A DNA stretch of 64,000 bases. It comes from a bacterium. GTDB lineage: Bacteria > UBA10199 > 2-02-FULL-44-16 > JAAZCA01. The notes under the pieces were generated by a model. That model was given only the letters and a program-made list of their open reading frames with translations. It searched no databases and was not told the origin of the DNA. Below are positions 51,401 through 59,921 of the stretch, one piece after another. Positions within the stretch are counted from its first letter, which is position 1. Every line of letters starts with the position of its first letter. The stretch is from positions 224,001-288,000 of the forward strand of contig CAXXGI010000001.1 of NCBI GenBank assembly GCA_963674695.2, given 5' to 3'. The translations under genes were made by a program, and so were the position numbers.

Positions 51401-54400
51401 GGAGCTGGCGCGCAAACAACTCTCGGGTGGCGTTGCCACCGACGACCTGCGCAACTTGCTCGCGACGCTGGCGATCGCGCCGCACCCCTCCTCGCCGGCC
51501 GATGCCCACAAGACGATCCGCCGCTGGGCGTTGGCGAGGGCGGAGCGGCTCGCACAGGTCCTGGGCACAAAACAGAATGCAATCTTCGTCGACACCACCC
51601 CGGCATCTGAAGAGGCAAAACACCTTCCGATGCTGTCGCCACGTGAGCGCACGATCCAAGCGCGGTTTTCCGCACACAACACAACCCACCCGCACCTGGG
51701 GCTGATGACGATCGTGACGCCCAAGGGGACGCATGAATTTCTCATCGATCCCGAGGAGGTCGATGCAAACAAGGCACGCGTAGACCGCCGCGAAATGCGC
51801 GCCAGCAACGCCGTCTTTCATCTCTACGATCCGACCGACAACCGAGAAAAGGAAATGAGTTCCGAAGCGATGCGCGCCATCGGGGCATGGGATGAAAAAA
51901 ACGACGTGGTCATCACGACCCCGCTGCAGGACGATCCGGTCTTGTGGCAAAAGGAGCGCTTGATCTGGCGTATCTTCGTCGACCCGCGCCTGACCAAACT
52001 CGCCGCCATCGTCCATCACCAGCGCAAAGGCACTGGCCCGGAGGGCTTCAACGACTTCCTGGAACGACTGCTCGCCCCCATCGCCTTCGCCGACGACGAG
52101 ACCGACACGTCGCTCTCGCTCATCGCCGCACAGGATATCGCCGTCGAGCAATATGAGCGCTTTCAGAGACGAGGATACGACCTTCCGGAGATCGTCAATG
52201 CCGACTTCAATGCCATCGCCAACCTGGTGCGCGGTTGGATGAGAACAAACTACCAATTGACCGAAAACGACACCGAGCACCTGCTTGACGCCGCCCGAGA
52301 AAACCCCCTCCTGAAGCGAACGCTCACACAGCTCATGATAATGGGCGCGATCATCGCTCAGCGAAAGGGCCTCCCTCCGAAGATCTCAGATCGGATGTGC
52401 AAGCACTGCTCGGATCTCCTCTCGAGCTTCGCCGAGATCCTCATCCATGCCCAGCCGAACCAGCGATCGATGCGATTCAACCGCGCACTGCGGCGATTTC
52501 CAACCGACCGTCTCTATCGCGAGGAACGCCAATGGATCGTCGATCCCGAGGGGCTGGGCCTGACCGCACCGCTCCACGGCTGGATCCATCCGACCTATCC
52601 CGACGACGCTCCCTGGCTGATGCCCACGGATTCCAGCGCGCTCATGCGGTTTCCCGAGATCGGGCGCGTCGGGATGGAGCGGATCCTGATTTTCTATCAG
52701 GAGAAGGAAGAAAACGCGGCCGCGTTCCCGAAGGGGCTTGTCGAACTCGCCTTCATCGCACCGAGTCTGGCGGGACTCTTCACCATCATCGCCACCGTCC
52801 ACCGGCGTCTGCCTCCGGAATTCGAAACCGAACTCAAGGGCATCGCGGATGCGTTCAGCAACGCGCTCCCGCGCACAAAAGTCGAACACAAAGACACGCA
52901 AACCTTCACGCAACAGCAACGGGCGATCAAGCAGACCGTACAGAAGGTCCTTTCCCTCTATCAACGACACCGGGCGATCATCCTCGAAGCGCTCCAGCGC
53001 CGCGACCTGATGGCCTACCGCACGCTGGGCTGGTGGCTGACGGGAACGGAGACGCCGCAGAACGAGGTAGAGCAAGCCATACCGGAACGCGCATCACTTC
53101 TACAGCTGCCGCTGCTGGCGCACGTTGCCCAGCCGCACCCGGCGCTGCTCGACATCCTGCCTGAATGGGGACGACCAGACCTTTCGCTTTCGAAGACGAA
53201 TGCCTTGATCGCACAGCAGGAACGGACCACACTCCCCCCGACGCTGCAGACCGCCGCGCAACACGTCCTGACGCGCACACAGGCCTGGCCGATGGCAGCG
53301 CTGGCAATGCTGACCCGCCCGCTTCTGTCGGATGCCCTGCGCACCGACCTGGACAGCGCCTTGCGCCTATCTGGAGCCGAAGCGAAAACGCTCGTCATTG
53401 CAAACGACCCCGCATCTCTGATGCACCATGATCGCATCGTCGCGCGCTTCGCTGCCGTCGCTAAAAAGCATCGTGATGAAATCCGTGAAATCCTGATGCG
53501 CCCAGCCAGCGACACCGGAATCAAGGGAACACAGGAACAGCTCCAATACGCCGTAATCGAAGACCTGCTCCACGAACAGTCCATCTTCCTGCCCCCCTCG
53601 CAATTGGACGCGATCGAGAGTTGGACCGATACGGAAACGCTCGAACAGATCGAAAACGATCTGAGCGCACTGGATTTCTTCTTTGAAGAGGACGGCGGGA
53701 CCCAGGATACGCGTTTGTCAACGACGCGCCGCTGGCTCGAACTGCAGTTCACCGTTATCGCCACAAGCTTGAAATCGGGTGAGCTGCCCACAGAACCCCT
53801 TCCGGTCATCTCCACGCAGGTCAACGAACTCCCACCGGCCATGCTGCACATGGCCCTGCTCGTGGGCATCAACGACACGCTCGGCATACACGCACAGCGA
53901 TGGATCGATCGCATCCACGATGCCGAACTGCTCGATCGCGACGCCGGCATCACCGACACGATCGCCCTGGCCAAGGAGATGTATCGCTTCCTCATCGAGG
54001 AACGCGCCCACCTCCATTCGTCGATCCAGCGCCGGCGTCTGGCGCTGCATGCGCACACAGCGGCGGAAGAAATGGACGACGAAGTTGACGAAACCAACCG
54101 CCACCGCCAACTCGGCATCGAAGCAGAGCGGATTTTGGCGCATCCTTCGCTTTCCGTCCTCACGCTGAAAACCCTACAGGGCACAGAACAGCACCTGGTC
54201 GACGACGACCAGTTTTCCCGCGACATGGAAGCCCTTCGAACGGGGGAGATGAAACCCGGACAGTTCGTCCTTCGCACCTATGACAAGCGGGACGATCGCT
54301 GGCTCGAGTTTCCGGCGCACACGATCGCAATGTGGGGAGTGAACAATATTCGTTCGGCCGCACGAATGCCGCCCCTGAACGACTTTCCACGATTTCTTGC

Positions 54401-56366
54401 CAGCCTTCGACTGGCCGGCCGAATCGGCGCCGATCGCCAGCTACAAACGCTGGGACACTTCTTCTCCCGGCAGACCGAAGGCGCGCTCGACGAACGCATG
54501 ATCAGCGTCATAGCACGCCTGACCAATCCCATCGAACGGACCATCGGCGGCAACCAGCCCTATCCGATGACGCTTGCCAATGCCAACGCCTATATGGAAG
54601 AGGTGCAGCGCCTCATGCCCTTCGGAATGATCAGCCCGGCTGGTCGCATACAACCCAAGGCGATGGATGCGTGGCTCACGACATGGATCGGTGCAGGATC
54701 TCCCCTGCACCAACACCTCTCGGCAACGCTGCAGACCGACAGCATCCTTCATGAATTCGTCGGCATGGTCATCATCCTCGATCGGATCGCACAATATGTT
54801 CCGACAGAGCGACTGGCCGATGCCGACCGCCGCTCGATTCAGACTACGGTCGTCCAGGCCAAGGATGCGCTCTCAAAGCACTTCGCAACCAGCTCCGCAG
54901 CCGAGGCGGAAGCTTTTCATCCAAAGGGGACGAACGGAGACGACCTCCAACGAAGCGCACGCGATGCCGTCGTCGCCGCCTTCTGGCAGCACGAATCATT
55001 GATAGACGACCTGGCGATGATCAAACCGTTGCTCACGCTCACCGAAACCGTGCGCGTGCACAAGCCGGGACTGCTCACCCTTCCGCATGAAGCTTTGGCG
55101 GAAGCGCACCCGGAGACCGGACGCGTCAATCCGTTCTTTATCACCCGCAGCATCCGCATGATGAAAAAACAGGGGACGAAGCTCGATCGCCTGCCCTTCA
55201 TGATCGAAGTCTTTCCAGAGCTGGCCGGCATGCTGACCATCCTCTGGTCGGTCGAGGATTCCTTGAATGCATCGGACCTATCGCAGTTCAATCAAATTTC
55301 CACACGTATTCACCACCAACTCTTCTCGCACAACACCGCACTGCTAGCGGAGAACGCGACCGCAACCGAAGCAGCAGAGCTGAACACGGCCTTCGAGCGT
55401 TCGATCGAGGAACTGGTCGCGTATTACAAACAGGTCCATCCGACGGTAAAGCACGGCCTCAACATCGTCGAACCGAATGCCGGAATTTCGGTTTCGTTCC
55501 TGTTGACCGGAATGGAACGCGATCCCTGGCAGAATCCGGACGAACTGCTCACGAACGACCCCCAGAGGCACCTGGCGCTCATCATGCCGGAGATGTTTGC
55601 CGTCGATCCCGCACGATCAGGGCACACGATGAAAATGCTCGCGCAGGTTCCCTATGAGAACGACGATTCCCGACGCGTACGGGATCTCTTCCAGGTGGTC
55701 GCCCAGCATTCGCCCGCATTCGCCTCGGCAAGCCTCATGACCTATCTGGCCTTTAACACCCTCTTGATGGAAAACACGAAGCAAGCGCATCGGCTTTTTG
55801 CCGATCCCATTCGGGACCATGAAGCCACATGGAAACAAGATCCGATACGGACTTTCGTCGACCTGGTCCTCGGAAAGGAACAGCGCGAAGCGATCCGCGA
55901 AGTGATGCAACGGGATTCATTCCAAACAGGAACCACGAACCTCAAGACGCTCACCGGACTCGATTCAATCTGGGATGCGCCGTTGACCATCGCGCAGGCG
56001 AAATCAAAAAAGAGCTCCGGAAACAGCAACCCCGAGGGATCTTCGGGTGCAAACACGCCCCCCGAGGGAACGCCTCCGCCGCAGACGCCGCCGACGGAGA
56101 CCGGCCCGCTGGCCGCGCCGAGATTCGCCGATGGCATCGAAGCGAGCAGCATCGTATACGGAGGTGTTCTCACCGATGAGCCGCTCGTCGTCGCCCCCAT
56201 CGAAACCGCCGCAGACGCCGGCATGATCGCCGAATTCGGCGGGATGGATCCGACCGATCTCATCGCCGCGCCGGAGGAACTCCTGGAGATGGGCGGAGCG
56301 GATTTCATGGGCGACAGCTCCGCCTTCATGATGACGAGCACCGCTGGTGCCGCCCTGGCTTTCTAA
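45498..56366 (+). CDS. Array gene 8: giant helical protein (3622 aa), paralog of genes 5 and 6
   Basis: 10.9-kb ORF with a GGAG RBS. Shared motifs include AEENGTL, DWELLIAH, GGFMRWI and FLPFEAIAHRM. Confidence 0.92.
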   Translation: MGDDIKKTGGASHIPHPQSDIHESDEGGTTPSDAHDAVDTYVAASATTPPPSLLSRKMIDAQLKEQGMTLHREHPYMSVNEYDCYRILQYAYDTLVDDLFPKVRTRFVEGEPPSGKKFDALIERSLVMGYAGQMQVTQKEAKGRISSFRETYVTFIRENLARLGLTGTGKPTSSSQPSTAHASTSTLTPATLATFILHARAQIGAIEALLRELADEDRVAGEEALSRAQRVEAEHLRPLGYDEAQIVGNLSRGNHRKERAQTIADKTRIIGDLFFDVRAQHTRETRPIDIDRVDTLIDAETGTGKKRRSMRDDLEAWIAQHIDNPEAAERLRTAAVMAIGWGMGATQPDQLPRLTLSSERIEDAAFIATERIADPDQRRDARDALAQQLLSALAHIALRAGRRQLLTADTDTRAAKPTVHARRSEHRLTLATDSARGIRFIPSVSGGMNELIEAIEEKIGPIDADRFEQITDIKLSIFRGYGQLRTQRTASRDNWATVVELHQGETWPKLVAIAEENGTLEELLTRFPPANSNDARWKQRLHDARGDDTLIDLATGYTPAAFVLKGGLRRMLEAYLPKKADVRKRMQREIDEYEKAGLLGENALETMPTAFTPSDWELLIAHAVAADELEKLTVEPKQRDADEKLLIAFIHLGTLARNRGFELDPVDFAAALSPIIRSMRDHADTEGTIIVPVPKFMGDLEYTNYGTPTFASRMKGIETAMPEATRQNQAGGHVQRASWLSLDRINSSLAGRDVSESDDQIRSHKQFNGGFMRWIELLMGTIPDIRDAAGRRIDLEGITSRSRYRFQLVPNAAEYATDANESRTTQSAPRLLADAHRGYYGKLLEKADGYLAAVEALPFPVTVTRPAHHGMDAQTNTPIDRPEEEISPAQLRSEIAELILQEEIHRDRLEQGGASAQSDAQTIAFYRRIGRFAREIFYHLPIRGVAAIDGFDIPFQAVAKLARQRLRPEHAGRTTLVIDDIFEAAHAQGWSATRRNALIRLRLLMGLARREGRLTPNIVHAGEIVEALRPIWEAPEHLLEQAALDFIALGQRVPLDDAGQALATIIGRGRQAPSAGPHEPNLPGHAETWDVQFRQFAAERDADSAMIEAGLAAIRTYFATTHGFASHFWSARLDSAVHAAAHEQDVDPIALRALICESFGRMGIANGKPVDGLHIIDPNSPEHAVRTRLAEIAVSAYMGLFAHDPKLILKVPVQEELITDVVRLTLEEYGQQLDHPPRPHLVARETRILLRRHNERAHIPHTRANNALPTTGLLETRLAHAATIWEAKHPDEKIDRTRTLDAVLAANRSRPSDENAEASALQSLSENDAHFVRHYLHQQREALADFEQLMADPEMGFAKRARKRFAAPNVTDQSLVAFAIAFARERLTSVSPTPARDIAFELVADDFLPFEAIAHRMTESLTGMLATTFSDMHEQMREEIDLARTAIEIEANDETVVVASFKAFIETVCSRNELGSWEDVQQRDRSWGLLADVAGIDAEGTSIEAFARRLYTEQVVPRFEKMQAEHAEKIERIDTAEEQAAILQNKIGMISAMYAMVPNTAAMNDKAIERAQKHLDRGARVLLRQTTAIKAMLETHSELEEIATQLDMSDLIDRVIAIEEKLVTATEEAKAVTARFEEHRVLLNKRADEIEQDKTEQEAIASAKKMAQHGATRALEIASAIADTTSQAAQAQIDSLQEAQAAFITAMETAQNAPTIPHMTAAGAALNDFLSIREKTDPLFDAATNTVTHALSQHAPHPNSASQLLTRLQTIDPATAGPHARTLAESITKLQDAIATAGTFITRMQEIRAIGVEPMYTDLRAIEARLPAMPPQLPEPGVISTEDDIILDDREVTISRTSTDPNASTRAQKRLAPILDARVLHTASQSFLLATQQHTRVQTWLSGMRDETLTAMDLFGNRITLDAHRWGFHLDNPASGIGAIGTDHPFHRIVNLLAAAVSTEDGTLLLLVELARKQLSGGVATDDLRNLLATLAIAPHPSSPADAHKTIRRWALARAERLAQVLGTKQNAIFVDTTPASEEAKHLPMLSPRERTIQARFSAHNTTHPHLGLMTIVTPKGTHEFLIDPEEVDANKARVDRREMRASNAVFHLYDPTDNREKEMSSEAMRAIGAWDEKNDVVITTPLQDDPVLWQKERLIWRIFVDPRLTKLAAIVHHQRKGTGPEGFNDFLERLLAPIAFADDETDTSLSLIAAQDIAVEQYERFQRRGYDLPEIVNADFNAIANLVRGWMRTNYQLTENDTEHLLDAARENPLLKRTLTQLMIMGAIIAQRKGLPPKISDRMCKHCSDLLSSFAEILIHAQPNQRSMRFNRALRRFPTDRLYREERQWIVDPEGLGLTAPLHGWIHPTYPDDAPWLMPTDSSALMRFPEIGRVGMERILIFYQEKEENAAAFPKGLVELAFIAPSLAGLFTIIATVHRRLPPEFETELKGIADAFSNALPRTKVEHKDTQTFTQQQRAIKQTVQKVLSLYQRHRAIILEALQRRDLMAYRTLGWWLTGTETPQNEVEQAIPERASLLQLPLLAHVAQPHPALLDILPEWGRPDLSLSKTNALIAQQERTTLPPTLQTAAQHVLTRTQAWPMAALAMLTRPLLSDALRTDLDSALRLSGAEAKTLVIANDPASLMHHDRIVARFAAVAKKHRDEIREILMRPASDTGIKGTQEQLQYAVIEDLLHEQSIFLPPSQLDAIESWTDTETLEQIENDLSALDFFFEEDGGTQDTRLSTTRRWLELQFTVIATSLKSGELPTEPLPVISTQVNELPPAMLHMALLVGINDTLGIHAQRWIDRIHDAELLDRDAGITDTIALAKEMYRFLIEERAHLHSSIQRRRLALHAHTAAEEMDDEVDETNRHRQLGIEAERILAHPSLSVLTLKTLQGTEQHLVDDDQFSRDMEALRTGEMKPGQFVLRTYDKRDDRWLEFPAHTIAMWGVNNIRSAARMPPLNDFPRFLASLRLAGRIGADRQLQTLGHFFSRQTEGALDERMISVIARLTNPIERTIGGNQPYPMTLANANAYMEEVQRLMPFGMISPAGRIQPKAMDAWLTTWIGAGSPLHQHLSATLQTDSILHEFVGMVIILDRIAQYVPTERLADADRRSIQTTVVQAKDALSKHFATSSAAEAEAFHPKGTNGDDLQRSARDAVVAAFWQHESLIDDLAMIKPLLTLTETVRVHKPGLLTLPHEALAEAHPETGRVNPFFITRSIRMMKKQGTKLDRLPFMIEVFPELAGMLTILWSVEDSLNASDLSQFNQISTRIHHQLFSHNTALLAENATATEAAELNTAFERSIEELVAYYKQVHPTVKHGLNIVEPNAGISVSFLLTGMERDPWQNPDELLTNDPQRHLALIMPEMFAVDPARSGHTMKMLAQVPYENDDSRRVRDLFQVVAQHSPAFASASLMTYLAFNTLLMENTKQAHRLFADPIRDHEATWKQDPIRTFVDLVLGKEQREAIREVMQRDSFQTGTTNLKTLTGLDSIWDAPLTIAQAKSKKSSGNSNPEGSSGANTPPEGTPPPQTPPTETGPLAAPRFADGIEASSIVYGGVLTDEPLVVAPIETAADAGMIAEFGGMDPTDLIAAPEELLEMGGADFMGDSSAFMMTSTAGAALAF

Positions 56367-56391
56367 AGGGCTTTTCTAAAAACCTATGATG

Positions 56392-56470
56392 TGCCACCTC
56401 CCGGGGAAAATGGAGCCCTTTTTTACAGGGTCATCGGAAAAAAGGTCTCCATTTTCCCCGGGAGGTGGCA
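56392..56470. repeat. 33-bp near-perfect inverted repeat with a 13-nt loop
   Basis: TGCCACCTCCCGGGGAAAATGGAGCCCTTTTTT pairs with AAAAAAGGTCTCCATTTTCCCCGGGAGGTGGCA, one mismatch. Confidence 0.85.
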
Positions 56471-56489
56471 TCAATATCTAAAGGACGGT

Positions 56490-59400
56490 ATGAAGATCGA
56501 GAGCTACAGACAATATGTGCAATCGACGGTGGGCACCGATCCGGCCACCGCCTATCCGGAGCTGTGGCATACACTGGAGCATGAGCAGACCGATGCGGCC
56601 ATGGCCGCGCTGATCAATCAGATCGGGCGTAATCCGGACATCGATGCCTCCACGCTCAAAGGCCTGCATCGTCAGTGGCGACGACTGCATGCATCGCCCG
56701 CAGATGCGCATCCGCTGACACCGGCGATGCACTTCGGTCGGGCTGATGCCATCGTCAGTGCAACGATCGCCTTTCTCAGCGCTGGAGCGTTCACCCCCAC
56801 GAGCAAACGGTTCTTTCGCACGCTGCAACAGAAGCTCACGGCGAATCCAAGACTCCTGCTCAAGCTGGAAGCGCTCACCGAACGACTCCAACAACAGGGA
56901 CAATCCATCCTGCTACGACGCGACATCCACATTTTCTTCATGGAGTTGGGGCTCGATTACCGCATCGCCTACGGAATGATCGCCCCGGCTGATACGAAAA
57001 GCATCACCGTCGGCATCGCCCGCAGCGACCGACTCATCGAGATGCACGAGAGCGCCATGGAACACCTCGTCAGCTGGATGGCGCGGGGACGACTGGACAT
57101 CGACGTCGCCGGGGTGGCACCCCGCATCTGGGATGCGCTTGAGCGCGGAAACATCCTGGAGCGAAACTTCGATCGCATCATCTTCGATGTAATCCCACGC
57201 CTCGAAACGGGTGAACTCCCTGGGGGCCCGATCAGGAAAGCGCTCGAGGGAATCCTGCGCAAAGCCGGGTACGAGCTTCGCTTCGACGATGACGCCCGTG
57301 GATTTTCGATCAGCACGGTAAAAATGAAGATCGCACCGATACCGCGAAGAGACCTGCGCGTCCGGAAATCGCAAACCCATCCGTTTTCGAGGATTCCCAA
57401 CATGCCGGTGGAGGCGATCTTCAGACACCTGCAGCACGATTCTCCGAGCGGAAACGTGGTCACCCAACGGTTGGGGAGCGCCCAAACGCAGATCCATTTC
57501 CCCGTCACCGCCACCACGCCCATCGACGGCGATCGATTCGATCCGGTGCCCCCCGACGCAAAGGTGATCGCCCTCTGGTTTCACGGCACGAGCGTGCGCA
57601 CCGCACACGGCGGAAACATCTGGGGCGAGATGAATCTCCTGGCTTCCTATGGCATCGCGCCGATCGGCTTCGACTATCCCTTTCATGGCCAGGGTCCTTG
57701 CGATGCGCGCCTGGCCGATGCCGACGCCTTCGCCGAATGGGTCCACGGCATCGTCGCACCGATTCGCGAGCGCCACCCGGACAAGAAGGTCCTCTTCTTC
57801 GGCCACAGCTTTGGCCCGGGGGCCATCCTCAATGCTTTGAGCCTCCATCCCGAGGATGCAGACGCCGCCATCCTGCTCGCCCCCACCGCGCGCGTGAGCA
57901 AACGCCTGCGCGAACACCATCGCCGGGTCGTGCAGCCCTACCTCGCCGATCGCTATACGAACTTTCAGGGCGTATCGTTCAACTTCGAAGGAGACCGCTG
58001 GGCCGAGCAAGTCATGCACAGCCAACGGTTCATGCAGCGTGCGCCCAGCTCGATTCGCATGCGCACGATCATTGGGGCGAACGACCACTACTATCCGGAT
58101 CGAGCGGAAGCGCTTCAACTCGCCCAACACTTTCCGGGCATGTCGATCCATCTCGTTCCCGGGCTGGATCACTATCTCTTCGGCAACAAGGTGCAGGATC
58201 TTCCCGCAAACGTACGGGATGAAATCTTTATCGAGCAGCCGCCGCATGACGACACGCGCTTGATCGTTTGGACGATCATCGACTTTCTGCGTTCGACTTT
58301 CGACAACATCGTGCCGCGCGTGCCTAACGCGCCGAACAAACGACTCGATCCGGCACGCGAAGCGCTCTGGCTCTCGACGGTCAATCCGGTCTTTCGGGCG
58401 TTGGCCCCGAAGGATGGATCGCTGCGCACCCCAGCAAGAGCGCAGGATTTCATCGCGGCCTGGCACTCCGAAAAGAGACGTTTCATCGATCAGCTGCTGC
58501 AGTCGAACGAACCTCCGCCCGGTCTTTCGCCGGACCAGAAAAAACGACTGGATCGCTTTCGATCGGCGATTGCCGATAGCACGATGAGCCCTCGGCGCCT
58601 CAACACGCTGCGCCGACAGCTGCTCCCAAAATGGATTCGAGCCTACACGCAGAATCGCACATCCACATCGACCGCACCGACCGACTTCCAGACCCGCCTC
58701 CATGGGGCCTTAGACTCCGTCGGAAAGAACCAGTGGAGCTTCGCCTTGCACGTACAGCTCAATATAGCGGCGATGCGGGCACGCACCGCAAGCAAATCGC
58801 TTGAACTCCTGCCCGCCATTGCGGCGCGCGAAGCGATCATGCAGATCTTTTCCGAGGAGATGGGCGAATACGCAAACCGGGTGCTGGCCACACAGATCGG
58901 CGGCGACATCCTTTCGGCCCTGCGACTCTTTCGCGATACGAAGCACATCATCGCGCTCGGCACCGAACCCAGTTCACCACCGGAAGCGATCGCGAAAAAA
59001 CTCACCGTCGATCGTTTCGCCAAGGCCCTACGCTGCAACGCTTATGGAGGTGCCGCCCAAACGCCCTCCGTCGCACAACCGAGTCGCATCGAAAACCTCG
59101 TCGCTGCCATCGCCATGGCGCTGCCGCTGGGAACGGTGCGCGGTCTCTTTTCCTTCACCCTGACGCCGGAGGGGCGCAAGCGCTACCTCGACTCCCACAG
59201 GGATGCGGACACAGCCGAGCCGGTCCATACCGAGATTCGATTCGGCGAGGGAAAAACCGAGCGCACGCTTGATCTCCTTGCGGTAAAGAAGGGGTCGCTG
59301 CCGCTCTCCGTGCGACGCTTTCTCGACACGGTCGGCATCGAGGGGGCCGTGACGGGGTCGGATGACATCGATGCGACGTTCTCGGATCAACCCGATGCCG

Positions 59401-59690
59401 CACACGCCTATGCGCGTGAGCACGGACTCCCACTGGCTTATGCCGACGGCCTGGTCGTCAAGGCATGGAATTTTCCCGAGTCTTCCCCGCGCCCGTTCGC
59501 AGGGGTGGGATCGGATGGCGAGGAGTCTCGGTGGAGTAGCGGCATGGGGGTGTTCGAGGTCCAGGATCTCTCTCTCGATGTCCTCGACGACATCGACGGG
59601 CTCGCCCCGGAGTTCGCCCCCTGGATGGAGAGCAGCGCCCTCATGAGCGCAACCCCGATCTGGACGGCCTTTTGCGGGCTTTCCCATTGA
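56490..59690 (+). CDS. Array gene 9: multidomain protein (about 1066 aa) with a central alpha/beta hydrolase domain and acidic tail
   Basis: LWFHG (oxyanion loop), FDYPFHGQG, nucleophile elbow GHSFG, IGANDH (acid) and PGLDH (His). AAGGA RBS before ATG 56490. Confidence 0.85.
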   Translation: MKIESYRQYVQSTVGTDPATAYPELWHTLEHEQTDAAMAALINQIGRNPDIDASTLKGLHRQWRRLHASPADAHPLTPAMHFGRADAIVSATIAFLSAGAFTPTSKRFFRTLQQKLTANPRLLLKLEALTERLQQQGQSILLRRDIHIFFMELGLDYRIAYGMIAPADTKSITVGIARSDRLIEMHESAMEHLVSWMARGRLDIDVAGVAPRIWDALERGNILERNFDRIIFDVIPRLETGELPGGPIRKALEGILRKAGYELRFDDDARGFSISTVKMKIAPIPRRDLRVRKSQTHPFSRIPNMPVEAIFRHLQHDSPSGNVVTQRLGSAQTQIHFPVTATTPIDGDRFDPVPPDAKVIALWFHGTSVRTAHGGNIWGEMNLLASYGIAPIGFDYPFHGQGPCDARLADADAFAEWVHGIVAPIRERHPDKKVLFFGHSFGPGAILNALSLHPEDADAAILLAPTARVSKRLREHHRRVVQPYLADRYTNFQGVSFNFEGDRWAEQVMHSQRFMQRAPSSIRMRTIIGANDHYYPDRAEALQLAQHFPGMSIHLVPGLDHYLFGNKVQDLPANVRDEIFIEQPPHDDTRLIVWTIIDFLRSTFDNIVPRVPNAPNKRLDPAREALWLSTVNPVFRALAPKDGSLRTPARAQDFIAAWHSEKRRFIDQLLQSNEPPPGLSPDQKKRLDRFRSAIADSTMSPRRLNTLRRQLLPKWIRAYTQNRTSTSTAPTDFQTRLHGALDSVGKNQWSFALHVQLNIAAMRARTASKSLELLPAIAAREAIMQIFSEEMGEYANRVLATQIGGDILSALRLFRDTKHIIALGTEPSSPPEAIAKKLTVDRFAKALRCNAYGGAAQTPSVAQPSRIENLVAAIAMALPLGTVRGLFSFTLTPEGRKRYLDSHRDADTAEPVHTEIRFGEGKTERTLDLLAVKKGSLPLSVRRFLDTVGIEGAVTGSDDIDATFSDQPDAAHAYAREHGLPLAYADGLVVKAWNFPESSPRPFAGVGSDGEESRWSSGMGVFEVQDLSLDVLDDIDGLAPEFAPWMESSALMSATPIWTAFCGLSH

Positions 59691-59921
59691 CGCCCGATAC
59701 CTGATCGTGTAGAAGCCGTGCTCGAATCATGGCAAAGGCTTGTCGTTCCGGCCTTTGGCAACACCCCTCCCTTCCCGGGAGGACAGCGTTGCGGCAGAGG
59801 CCACACCTCTGTCCCCCTCATTATCATTACAACTGAGCATTCCCCCGTCACGATACGCACGCATCGTTTCATGCACATGGCCTGCATCGATGCCAACAAC
59901 CGTGAAAGAGACGAAAACGTT

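Noticed and set aside
19882-56366. Giants considered as NRPS/PKS, RTX, Rhs/CDI toxins, adhesins, SMC or tape-measure proteins
   Set aside because: I saw none of the diagnostic motifs, no Walker A, no beta-rich repeats, and no phage or immunity genes nearby.
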